Assembly (NCBI RefSeq): GCF_000981445.1
Contig: NC_027218.1
Coordinates: forward strand, 2,170,001-2,234,000
DNA from: Babesia bigemina
Taxonomy: Eukaryota
Reading direction: 5' to 3'
DNA: 64,000 bases
Shown one piece after another: positions 1 through 10,752 of the stretch. The notes below the pieces were generated by a model. The model was not told where the DNA came from and searched no databases. It saw nothing but the letters and a program-made list of their open reading frames with translations. How positions within the stretch are numbered: position 1 is the first letter of the stretch; each line of letters starts with the position of its first letter. The position numbers and the translations under genes were made by a program.

Positions 1-60
1 TCCCCTCAACCTGCAAACATATAAATCACTTAAGCAACGCACTCACCAACCACTCATGAA
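1..60 (-). other. 5' leader (with ~36-nt GT-AG intron) of another Cys-rich TM gene, predicted to start just left of the window
   Basis: Reverse complement reads GTTGGTGAGTGCGTTGCTTAAGTGATTTATATGTTTGCAGGTTGAGGGGA, nearly the same as the leaders directly upstream of the ORFs at 24245 and 32734. Confidence 0.7.
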
Positions 61-830
61 CACGCACCTCGGCAAAGCGTAGCCCGTACCATCAACCTAC
101 TCAACGATGAACCACGTACCTCAGGCAAGGACACTGATGGTCTCCCACCGGCGCTACGTTAGCAGCAAGGTGACTGCCATCAGCAGCACTGCCAGTAACA
201 TCACGACTATGCAGATATAACAGCTGAAATATTACCGAGGTAGAGCAAGTGAACGGTATCCTCGCCGTGGCATGCAGGTCTACCGGCACCTGCTGGGCAG
301 TTAACTCCATCCATTACATACAGTATGACGTTGGAAGTGCCCATTATAATTGTTGTCACATTTGTGTTTTAATGAGCGACCGAGTGATCCACATTGCTCA
401 GTTCATACGTTAGTCATTTACCCTGTTGCCATCAATCTCACATAACTCCGCCGTCCACTGGCCATCACGTCAGAGTGCCGATGGCATTCATCGCCTGGGT
501 CCTCATCAGATCAGTAATCTGTCATCCACAAATCTAACAGGCAGCCCGCTGTATCACACAGTAAAGCGCTTGTCAGCTGCCTATGTTAGTGGCCAACCAC
601 CCAGCTTCACAGTGGTACCACCTAAACAAGTCTCACAAGTTACGCATAACTAAACATCCCACACTGAATCACCTTTCAAGTGGACTACATGAACACGTCT
701 ATGCGTGAAAGCAGTCACGCTTTTCTCGCACCATGGTGCTGTAGATGACATCCTGACACAACTAGCCACTATCGCTGTAGTGTGATCCAGCACAAGGCAA
801 GTAATGGCTGCATTAATGCGATAACTACTA

Positions 831-3800
831 TTAGTAACTAAGTTGGCCAATAGGATCCTCGTCGAAGTAGTCGACGTCTTTGTAAAGTGAAAGCATATTC
901 CGGCCTTTCGTGAGTAGCGCCTTGACGTCGATGACGTGAGACGCCTTGGTGCGAATAAGGTGCGAGCGGATGTGGAGCACGTCCAGGCGATATAGCATCG
1001 TGTTGGCGAAGATGAGTAATGCGGTGGACCACAGAGCGACGATGGTGTAGATGAACGGCTCCCGGATGTTGTAGAGGAAATCGTCCATGGCGGAAATAAG
1101 ATCTGCGATAGGCTTGCCGTTGACAATTTCCTTCAGCCTGCCGATGACGTCTAAACATGTGATTGATGTCTGCGGTCCCACCTCCGGCGGCGTGAACCCG
1201 TGTAGGTAGAGGAGGGGCAGCGCAGTGGAACACAAGTAAAGCGATGAACACTTGGCATAATCATGCTTCTTGAGATCATGGTGCAGTTTTTCGAGTGACT
1301 CCCGCAGTCTGTCCGGCAGGTACACCGTCCAGCTGAGGTAGGTGTGGGCGAAGCGCTGGGAGTACAGGGCGTACGCCCGGTACGTGATGGGCGAGCAATG
1401 TGGATGGCAGTTGTCAGGGTCACTGCCGCAGCCGACCAGTGTGGACAGGGTACGGGGATGGTCAATGTCGTGTTTGGAGTTGTGTTTGGATATGAGAGAC
1501 TCGGAGCCTCGGATGCCACGGACAGTGCCTAGGTCGGAGTCACCAAGACAGTCCCACTCAGGGCAGTCGGTATGTGACTTAGTGATGGCAGTGCCCAGTG
1601 GAGACAATGATTCTGAAGCATATCCGTGCAACTCGATACCGAAATTGTGGAAAAACGAGACGAGCTCCCCGGTCGTCCTTGGCGTCCGCCTGGTGAGGCA
1701 GTTGAGGTAGGAGGACAGTGTCAGCAGGGGGTCACTGCCGCCGCAGCTGGGAGTGAGGATGGTGGAAAGGGTACTGCCACTTTGTGATTTATTGGGTAAA
1801 TCCTCCATCCTAAATCCCATCCTGATCCTGCTCTTGAGGCACAGGTTGCACGGGTCGAAGGGGTGAGTCTTGAAGTCGCAGTCCCAGCCGTCAGTAAGGA
1901 ACGCATGGAGGGGGGAATTGGTAGGACTGACTTCACTGCCGTAGTTACAATTCTGCCACCCACCGCTTAACTTATCCCGTTTACACTGCGCCTTCAGGAA
2001 CTCCAACTGGTGGTGGCAGGCGTAGACGTAGTCACGCAGCTGGCAGAGGAGGGCGCAGCAGTCAGGCTCCTCGGAGGACTTAGACTTCACACTTCTTGAT
2101 GACACGTTTGCCTTCCAGTTAGGTGCGATGGCGGAGAGCACTGAACCCGCAAACATGGCGGTAAGCTGGAGTATGTCGAAGACATCTCCGGGTCTGATGT
2201 GAGACCCGTTGACTGGAATTGCAAGTTGTGAAGGGTCACTATGCGGACCACCAAATGCCTTATCAATACATTGTCTGAGAGTGCTATGATGCTTTTCATT
2301 CTTAAGCCCCGCCAGCCACTGAAGCATATCCCGGACGGTACGCGGCGCCTGGGAGGGGAATAGACCCGTCTCGGGGATGTCGGTGGAGTCTTCGATTGCT
2401 GTCTGTTTCATCCACGGGGCAATGCACATACCGACTGTTTGAGCGTCGTGCGTATACGGATCCACGTACCTGTTTGGGAGAGACTCCGGAGGGTCGATTG
2501 GTGGGAAGTCGACAGAGATGGCGGTGGTGGATGGGTAGACAGGTTCAAGTGGCTGGATGGCTGGGGGAGGGGGAGGGTCGTCTACGTCTATGTCATATGA
2601 AGAGTCTTGAAGCGTGCGGTCGGGGACACCGATTTGGAGATCTAAATAATTGGGATCGTTTTCATTTTGAGTCGTATCACGGTCTGCGCGCTCGACGAGA
2701 ACTTCAGGAGGAATGGGCGGTACTCCGTTTGATTCAAAGGGGTCGGTATTCTGGATTTCAAATGACAAATCCATAGGTTTAAACCCCTTTTCATGATCGT
2801 CGTCATTGAAACGCTCAACCGTAGTAATCTCGAAGTTATCGTCGTGGACTTCATTAGCCATGCTCATGTTGTTATGTGCGCTCTTTACTGGGTTAACTGT
2901 TTGAAACAGTGGATCACTTGTAACGTTGACCGTGGGCTTAGGTGCTGTCTCAATGTCAAAAAATAATTCCGGTGTTCTATTCGCTATCTTAATATCTACT
3001 TCACCCCCGCCAAAATACTTCGCACGCTGCACTTTCTTGTCCATCGCCATAAGTTTAGTTCGGCGTTCATCGAATACTTGTTTGCTGGCCTCTAGAGACT
3101 TTGCAATGAATGTTCTCTGCCTTATAACGTCTGAGTCATCTGGCACAACGTGTCCTGCCAAACCACCATAATAGTATGTAAATGGGTCTGGAGCAGCTTT
3201 AATATCATCGCCGGAGGCATATAAATATTCAGAATAAGAGTGATCCTCAAGATCAACTGTTGGAATTGAACGCGCTTTGCTTGTGATAAAAGGAGATTGA
3301 TGTTTGGAGGATGTCGGTGGCACAACTGAGATGCCATCCGAGTTAATGGGAGTTCCTGAGAGCATTTGATTGGTGGCTAATGAATACGGTGTTCGATGCA
3401 TCACATTTTCCTGGTGGGAATATACTGCTTTAGCATGTTGTAACTCGTCTATTTTTGCACGCTGTAGTTCCATATCATGTTTCATCTTATCTAGTGTCTT
3501 TATCTGCTCTTGATCGGCATAATATTTATTCCATTGATCCTCTAACTCTTGCCCTTTTTGCTCTTCGTCTAGTTGACTTTTTAGATACGAATGATCTAAT
3601 TGTTCGTGGCCGTCAAGACTAGGCAGTTTATCAAGTTGTATATTCGGAAATGTCAGATCAGAATTTTGTGCTTCCACGGCGTTGCCCTCCGCAAATATAT
3701 AGCTTTGAAGACTGTCGTCCGCTTGGCTGTGTGGTCTGCTTCGTGTGCTATGTTCTAAAGGATGCTGGGTACGGTGGTTACTGGATGACGTGTCAGAATT

Positions 3801-5816
3801 CCGATTGTGCTGTGTGGAAGAATCTTGATTGGGAACACTATTAGATAATGTGGTAGGCGTGTTACTCCATGTTTTATAATATTTATCATATTGATTATAG
3901 TTTCCATTTCGGGGACAGTATTTTCCGCCGCCAAATTCAGCGGGCAATGTTATTGGTTTTGAACACCCATATGTGTTCCCTCCGCCACCTGAACCAGACG
4001 GCGTGCCAGTGGGCGCCGCAGTATCACCGACTGGACGTTTCGAAGCCTCATGAACACTTTCGTGAGCAGGCTCAGAAGCAGACCCCTGGTCAACCGGGCC
4101 CGGACCACTACCGGTACCAGAGGCACCGGATGACTGAGAGCCTACAGGTTGAACACTTGTAGTCGGAGGTTTTGCAGGATGTGAAGAAGCCGCGGGCTCT
4201 TGACCTGTAGAACCACCGCCATTTTGACTCCCACTCCCGTCACCCGGCTGACTAGGGGAGCCAGGGCCTGCAGGAGGACCGGGGGCAGGGGCTGGAGGGG
4301 GAGCCACTGGTTGGGGTTGAGATGGAGTCTGCTTCTGAACAGGATTTATACCTGGAGATTTCGTAGGCTCGGTACGAGAAGACCCTTGCAGGCCTTTCTC
4401 ACCTTTAGTCCCAGCCGGTGCTGGAGCTTGTTTAGCAGTGGAACTTGGAGTTTGAGGAGATGTGGCATCAGATGATGTTGCAGGGTTTCGTTCGCTTTGA
4501 CCATTATTTTGATTTGGAGATAATCCTGCTTTGTTTATTACTGGCTTCGTAGCCTCCGTCTTGGTGGCAACTGGCTTCGCGGCGGCCGGCGTAGCCACTG
4601 GGGGCGTGGCGGCTTTTGGAGATGATTGAGGAGACTGTAGTTCAAGTTTTGGACATTGCTCACCTCCCAAAATGTCTTTAAGCGTCGCTAGCCCTTTGTC
4701 ACCAGAATCGACAAGCGCATTTAAAACACCCGGTAGATTCTTTAATCCGTCACGCCATGTGTGTTTCTCTCGGTTATTCAACACGATGCCATAGGGGTAG
4801 AGAGACTCTGGGGAGAAATCCGCAGTACTTTCCTCCAAATCTTCTACGCCCATCTTAATTTCTTCCAGAGCTTCACCGATATCATCCCAATGGTTCTCAA
4901 ACCACTTCTCGAATGCCCCGGCAAATGCTTCAGGCTTAAGGGCATCAGGGGTAAACGCCCTGCCAGTGGTGGTGAAAGGTTTAGTACTAAAGTCATCCGT
5001 ATTGCCGAACAATTTATCAAGGAATTGTTTCTGTACTTTGCAATGCGCCACTAATCTTCCCCAGTCAAAACACATACCCTTCTTTTGTAGCTCCGCTTGT
5101 AAATTGTTTTTCAGATCGCCACCCTCTTCATGTGTCTCCACATATTCGCAGAAAGCCCAAAGCAACAGCAGAACGTTCCCAGCGTCCTGTTTATGCCAAT
5201 CATCTTTCTCGAGATTGTTGAAAAGAACACTTGTAAAAACGTCGGGAGTTATTGTCTGCCTTTCAAGCGCATTCATTAGATTGTGAACCAAAAGTTCCCC
5301 CTTTATATTGTTCAGCTCACCTTCATCAAATCCTCCGGAAATAATACCATTGTATAAATCATCATTTGCGGTGAGATAAGTCTTGAGCTCATTATCACCG
5401 CTTTGATTAAGCTGAAACTTTGCCAGCCTCCCACCTCCCACACTACCATAAATGTAGTCCACATTGTGGCGCAAATATGAAAAGGCCGAGTGCACTTTAG
5501 AAAGGCATTCCGAGAATGCCGCAGTGATATCATTCGCACTTTTGCTTCCAAAATTTCCAGGACTGGCGGATCTGCTTATTTGCTTATACAGCAATGACGA
5601 GTGGCGGAGGAAATTAGATATGGACAGTTCGAATTGGATGTTGAACGTAGGATTGTTATAATATAGCCCTATACGTGTAGCCAATTTACCGGATACCAGG
5701 CGTTGCATACTTCCTCCTTGCCGGCTATTCAACCACTCCAGGAACTGTAGACACTCCTTCAGCGTGCCCAGTGGCACTCCATGTGCCGTGGCTCCAGCAG
5801 CGCTTTTCGCTGCCAT
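831..5816 (-). CDS. ves/VESA-related variant surface antigen, ~1660 aa: globular N-terminus, Pro/Ser/Gly low-complexity middle, Cys-rich C-terminal domain, TM and short tail
   Basis: Open ORF 831..5825, first ATG at 5816. N-terminal TLKECLQFLEWL. C-terminal PRTVRDMLQWLAGL, CCALLCQLRDY, TM IREPFIYTIVALWSTALLIFA, then LYRLDVLHIRSHL...IDVKALL, the tail typical of Babesia ves-family proteins and shared with the other copies here. Confidence 0.85.
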   Translation of the reverse strand: MAAKSAAGATAHGVPLGTLKECLQFLEWLNSRQGGSMQRLVSGKLATRIGLYYNNPTFNIQFELSISNFLRHSSLLYKQISRSASPGNFGSKSANDITAAFSECLSKVHSAFSYLRHNVDYIYGSVGGGRLAKFQLNQSGDNELKTYLTANDDLYNGIISGGFDEGELNNIKGELLVHNLMNALERQTITPDVFTSVLFNNLEKDDWHKQDAGNVLLLLWAFCEYVETHEEGGDLKNNLQAELQKKGMCFDWGRLVAHCKVQKQFLDKLFGNTDDFSTKPFTTTGRAFTPDALKPEAFAGAFEKWFENHWDDIGEALEEIKMGVEDLEESTADFSPESLYPYGIVLNNREKHTWRDGLKNLPGVLNALVDSGDKGLATLKDILGGEQCPKLELQSPQSSPKAATPPVATPAAAKPVATKTEATKPVINKAGLSPNQNNGQSERNPATSSDATSPQTPSSTAKQAPAPAGTKGEKGLQGSSRTEPTKSPGINPVQKQTPSQPQPVAPPPAPAPGPPAGPGSPSQPGDGSGSQNGGGSTGQEPAASSHPAKPPTTSVQPVGSQSSGASGTGSGPGPVDQGSASEPAHESVHEASKRPVGDTAAPTGTPSGSGGGGNTYGCSKPITLPAEFGGGKYCPRNGNYNQYDKYYKTWSNTPTTLSNSVPNQDSSTQHNRNSDTSSSNHRTQHPLEHSTRSRPHSQADDSLQSYIFAEGNAVEAQNSDLTFPNIQLDKLPSLDGHEQLDHSYLKSQLDEEQKGQELEDQWNKYYADQEQIKTLDKMKHDMELQRAKIDELQHAKAVYSHQENVMHRTPYSLATNQMLSGTPINSDGISVVPPTSSKHQSPFITSKARSIPTVDLEDHSYSEYLYASGDDIKAAPDPFTYYYGGLAGHVVPDDSDVIRQRTFIAKSLEASKQVFDERRTKLMAMDKKVQRAKYFGGGEVDIKIANRTPELFFDIETAPKPTVNVTSDPLFQTVNPVKSAHNNMSMANEVHDDNFEITTVERFNDDDHEKGFKPMDLSFEIQNTDPFESNGVPPIPPEVLVERADRDTTQNENDPNYLDLQIGVPDRTLQDSSYDIDVDDPPPPPAIQPLEPVYPSTTAISVDFPPIDPPESLPNRYVDPYTHDAQTVGMCIAPWMKQTAIEDSTDIPETGLFPSQAPRTVRDMLQWLAGLKNEKHHSTLRQCIDKAFGGPHSDPSQLAIPVNGSHIRPGDVFDILQLTAMFAGSVLSAIAPNWKANVSSRSVKSKSSEEPDCCALLCQLRDYVYACHHQLEFLKAQCKRDKLSGGWQNCNYGSEVSPTNSPLHAFLTDGWDCDFKTHPFDPCNLCLKSRIRMGFRMEDLPNKSQSGSTLSTILTPSCGGSDPLLTLSSYLNCLTRRTPRTTGELVSFFHNFGIELHGYASESLSPLGTAITKSHTDCPEWDCLGDSDLGTVRGIRGSESLISKHNSKHDIDHPRTLSTLVGCGSDPDNCHPHCSPITYRAYALYSQRFAHTYLSWTVYLPDRLRESLEKLHHDLKKHDYAKCSSLYLCSTALPLLYLHGFTPPEVGPQTSITCLDVIGRLKEIVNGKPIADLISAMDDFLYNIREPFIYTIVALWSTALLIFANTMLYRLDVLHIRSHLIRTKASHVIDVKALLTKGRNMLSLYKDVDYFDEDPIGQLSY

Positions 5817-6078
5817 CCTGCTCACTCAACCACACGCATATATACTTTCATAGGACACCGAGACGTGTCAAAGGAAAGGTGAACTACGAAACGCCTACGT
5901 GATCAACGCGCCGATGCGGACACGTGAGTATTGCCATACTCAGACATCGATACGGCAACGTCAAGTGCGCTACGTGAAAACGCTACAGTGAACTGCCAGT
6001 GACAACGGCGTGAGTCACGATACCAACAACACGCCGGCTTTCACCCTCAACAGACGAAGGACGAAACTCACACCCCTT

Positions 6079-8220
6079 CCACCTACCTGAGGAGGAAGTA
6101 AGACGATAAGCTCATATATTTGGCAACACCTTAGGCTGACTGGCGAGGGGTGGATCGCAGGGTAGAGCACGGCGTGCTCCACGAGGGTTTTGGGTGGCAG
6201 GAAGGATGCATATCCTCACCCCGTACCGTGACGCCGCCAAGCCGTCTCACATGGGTGTTTTGCGAACATCAGGGCACCCACGATGCAGCGTGCCGCTGTC
6301 GCCCAGATAGACACCAGTGCCTCATTTTAGCATCACCCCAATTACCACCAGAGATTGCGAACGTTACCCCACTTTGCCCTGACCTAACGAGGTGCATATT
6401 ATAAATTGCTGCATCAATCGACGCATGGAGTTTGTGCTTTGCAATTTGGTATCTGTGCGTGATGTTGCCAGAGCGACAACCTCGCCCGCCGTACCCCCTC
6501 ACCTTCCAGCAGCATTGCACCATAATACACGACACTGCCAGCTTCAGCTGACTACCTAGCTCACCCATTAAGTAGACGATTCACATACAACAGTTTGATT
6601 GTCAACACCTTCGTGATGTCTAGACAAAATCACTATTACTTAACACTCTTCACATCCCGACCATATTGCTGTCTCACCCCTTATTGAGCTGAGGGGCATA
6701 GAGAGTGTTTCACTGACTTTCGCCACTCACCCAATTTTCCAAATATCAATCATAGTCCTGACACTCAAGATACAATTGGAAATCAGTTGCAATTTTCCCT
6801 CACCCGCATCCCACCAAGCTGTAATATATCTGGATGAGGCCGGTGACGAGTAGCACCTCTAAACCCACACTGCAACATTTTCCGTGTTGCGCAATAACAG
6901 CGTTATGAAACAGTTGATATGGTGCGCTGTAAGTATATCAGATTCAATTAACGCTATCGCTCTATGCATCCCAGTGGTGGTCTGGTGTGGTCAACCGATG
7001 CCACCGTTGTTGTCAAGGGTACTGGAACCAGTGAAATGCAGTGAATGTTACCGTTGAAGATTTATTTTTGTGTGTTATGGGCATTGCCGGGTTTTCAATT
7101 GGTGACCAAATATGGTGACTGCTATATCCAACCGTACTCAATTATGTAGTGAGAAAGGAAGAGTGATAACGTGGTTATATGTGCTCACATTTCACCCTCA
7201 TAACAACCCTTATTAGCGACCACACTGCATACATACAAAACAGATCAAACTAGACTACATTGCCGAATTTGACCGTCACAACGACCGCATTCTACTCTAT
7301 ACGTATGCTACCACTGGAACAGCCCAACCAACAGAGACCAACATAAACAAGCACGAACCGATTGGTGGAATTGATGAAAAAGTAACGATATCTGTGAGAG
7401 TCAATACTTGGAGTAGTAATCTTCGATCTGTATGGTAGACAGTATAGCGCCCTTGACGGGCACGCAGCGGCACTCTGCCCTACAAGGAGCTACCTCTCCG
7501 CAACTCAAGACATGAAACCAACCAGAGATAACACATGCACAGCTACAATGGAGTAGTATCATTAGCCCGAAAATGATAAACAACTAGCGAAAAAAATCTG
7601 GTGGAGATGGAGACTTGCAATATGAGGATGTCCAAGGAACTGTTGAAGCTCGGAGAGAGGGCGTTCACGTACCAAACAGGATTCGAGATGGTAGTTGTGT
7701 GATAGAGTATGTGACTCTCGGGTATTATTACTACGTTGTGAATGACCGTTGTTGTCGAGCAGGGTAGATGCCAACACATGGTACCAGTAACGGTCGGCAA
7801 CGGACCGACCTGGAGTCCGCTACCAGTATCAGCATGAGGCGGCAGCAACGCAAAACCGAGAACTAGCTCAAGGCCCTTAGCCACATAGTAGACTATAAGA
7901 CGAGATAACATAATAATAATTGTGGGTAGGTTTCTCAGTTTCTATATGACATACTGGGCGTGGTATATTTGTGGTGTTGCACGTGTAATTGTGACATCCC
8001 GGCGGTGGTGTTGGTGGCGAATGCTTGGGTGCTAGCCTAGCGCCTACGGGAGACGACTAGGCGGTGTCACGGTGCGGGGTTAGGATAGCCATACTCTCTC
8101 CCAATCGAGCACATAATGGTGTGAGCTGTATACGTACGGTGCTCCAACTTGCCATGATAGTCAGGTTCCGTGCTTGATTGATTATTGGGTTTGCAACTTT
8201 CCCCCTCCTCAGGTAGGTGG
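6079..8220. promoter_or_regulatory. Quasi-palindromic bidirectional intergenic region between divergent ves-like genes
   Basis: 6079-6095 is the exact reverse complement of 8204-8220 (CCTCCTCAGGTAGGTGG). 6211-6248 is the reverse complement of 8050-8087 at 33/38. Spacing between the two motifs is about the same on both arms (~116 nt). Confidence 0.7.
7741..7919 (+). mobile_element. 5'-truncated, diverged copy of the 3' end of the non-LTR retrotransposon
   Basis: Encodes MVPVTVGNGPTWSPLPVSA* versus MAPVTSGNGPAWIPQPVSA* at the end of the 10944 ORF. 3' UTR TAGCCACATAGTAGACTATAAGACGAGATAAC versus TAGCCACATAGCACACTATAAGATGAGATAAC. Ends in (TAA)3. Candidate 5-bp TSD TTGTG at 7736-7740 and 7920-7924. 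Confidence 0.85.
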
Positions 8221-8434
8221 GATGTCTGTAATCTATGTTTTCTTGAATCTAGTTTTGGGGTGAGGAGTTATGTGCCTCGCTTTAGTGCCATAAGGCTCTG
8301 CGTTGTCACTCGCTTCAGCTCCTAATCTTGCAACTTTACCCAATAAGCACGCTTTGCCTTTTGGTCATGCTGTCTTATAGGCAGCGGCGCAGGCCCTGGC
8401 TGCCTGGCAATGTGACTGTCCCAGGACAGACGGC

Positions 8435-10752
8435 ATGGCGCCGAAGGCCTTGACAGACTGTCCCGAGAACCTTCGAGAGGCGATCGACTGGCTCGTCCAG
8501 GTGCGGCACTGTGGCGGGATTTCGACTGTGTCCTACGCTCTCTCTACTTTGTTTGACAATGTTGCTCACGACACTGAGAAATCTCTGCCGTTGCTGCCCG
8601 ACCCGGACCGTCCGTCCGCCAGAGATGTTGTCTCCATACTTCGGGCGTTTCAGAGCACTCTTCCGAAAAACTCTGAGAATCCTAATAAAAACATTCTACA
8701 TAATCTCTGCGCCTCCGCTGCCAGCCTATTAGGTTACAGTTTTCCGGGGACCTATGATGGTTCCGGGATTGTGTACGGCAACGCCTCCCGCCTGTGCGAT
8801 GCCATCCTGGCATTCTTGTATGCCGTGTTCAGTGATGTCCATGCTAACCAGCCGTACGTCGCTGGTAGAAGTGTGTTGTATGATGATGTAATTGTGGAGC
8901 TGAAATCTCAACTATGGCGTGGCCACAATGGGTTTTGTCAAGCCATTCCCAAGGTGGCCAATGGCCTCCAGAGGTACAATGCCGCTGTCGAGGCTTCAAA
9001 CAAGAAAGTCAAGAACCCGATTGAAACCGTGTTGGATTACATGAAAACAGATGATGAGTTGAGTAGAGGTATAAAAGCTTTGCAGATATCGGAAACATCT
9101 ACGTCAGCTGCGGATGAGAGGACTGTGGACGCCGCGGTCACCCTGGTGGAGCGGTGCAAAGAGATTGCCAGGGTCTTTTCCAAAAGCTTGACGGCGGCCA
9201 AAGATGCCATTGATGACCTGAACCCCAAGCTGAAAAGAAAACTTGAGAACGCCAGGAATAGCTTTTTCAACCACGTCGACTGGCTGAGCAGGTGGTCCAA
9301 GAAGGGGGAGAAAAGGAGATTGGACAAGATGATACAGAAAATCAAGACTAGGCTTAAAAAGCTGGCAAAGGCCGTAAAGGACAAAATTAAACAAGAAGTG
9401 CATATGCTTGTTGAGTTGTTGAAGAAACGTGTCGGGGATATTAAAATGAAGTTGGAAGGTATTACTGCCAGCCTGGAGGAATATGTCAAGGAACTCGGAC
9501 AGTGGATGGGTGAGGCAAAAGAGTATATTAATGCAGTGAAAAAGTATGTTAATAAGATAATGCAGGAACTTGATGGAAAGCATAGAAAGAAGATTGACAA
9601 AGCAGCCGCGGACATTGATAGTAAGCTTGGCAAGAAAGTTGAGGAGTTGAATGCATGGATTAAGGATGCGGAGGCAGCCGTAAATGTGGCCAAGAAGAAG
9701 GCGGATGAAGTGTATGGGAGGTTGAACAAAGATGATAAAGATCAGAAGATTCGTCAAGGGATTGAAAAGATTACTAAAGCTAACGATGCAGTTTCAGGAG
9801 TTAGCACCCAACTGGAAACTGTTCACAAGGATTTGGAGTCTTGGAAAGATGCGGCGCAGGATGTGCTCAGCAACGCTGCTGGGAAGATTGGAGAGGTGCG
9901 TGGCATGTTGAATCCTGATAAAGATGGTGATGACAATCCTATTGGGAATAACATCAAGACTATTGATGCTGCTAATCGAGAAATGGCTAATGCAAACAAG
10001 GAACTTGGAGGAAAAGTTAAGAGTTTAAGCCATTTGATTCAGGATGCGGAGAGTATCCGTGCTGCGGCGCAGAGAAAGGCGGAGGATGCTTACGAGAACT
10101 TGGACGTTCATAAGGAACTGAGTGAGAATGTCCAGAAAATTGTGGATGCGAGAAAAAAAATCAGCGACGCTCGTACCGGCTTAAAGAATGTTTACAAACA
10201 TTTGGGAGAGTGGAATATTGAGGCCGAAAGAGTCCTCGAAGGAGCGGTAAAAAAGGCGACGGAAGTATTTAATATGTTAAACAAAAACAATGCAGGCAAC
10301 GATATTAGTAAAGGAGTTACACATATTACTACAGCTAAAGAGAAAGTTTCGCATGTTGATAGGGAGTTACAAAAAGTTTACGGGGATTTAGACATGTGGA
10401 TAGAGGCTGCGAAGAATGTGCTCGCCATATCGGTAAATAAAGCAGGTGATGTGCATAAAATGTTAAATTCGGATGACCTTCATGGCAAGTATGCCCTTGG
10501 TGAGAATATTAAAGAAATTGGACAGGCAAAAACAGAACTTGACAGTGCAAATAAAACTCTCAAGATCCAAGTTGAGAATCTGAACAAATGGATTCAGGAT
10601 GCTGAAACTATCCGCCAAGAGGCTGAAGAAAAGGTCAAGGAGGCGTACGATAAGTTGCAAGTTCATGAGAAACTAAGTAGGAAATTCGGAGAGATTATAA
10701 CAGCGAATCAGAAGATTAAAGATGTCAATGCTGGGATAAATAGTGTGGACAG
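8435..10752 (+). pseudogene. 5' part of a giant ves1-like gene, interrupted by the retrotransposon
   Basis: Starts MAPKALTDCPENLREAIDWL (ves1-type N-terminus), followed by coiled-coil repeats. Reads into the element and stops at 10774 (…SVDRGSWNLL*). Confidence 0.85.
10746..10752 (+). repeat. Left target-site duplication TGGACAG
   Basis: Identical 7-mer at 15070-15076. Deleting one copy plus the intervening DNA restores the ves frame. Confidence 0.9.
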
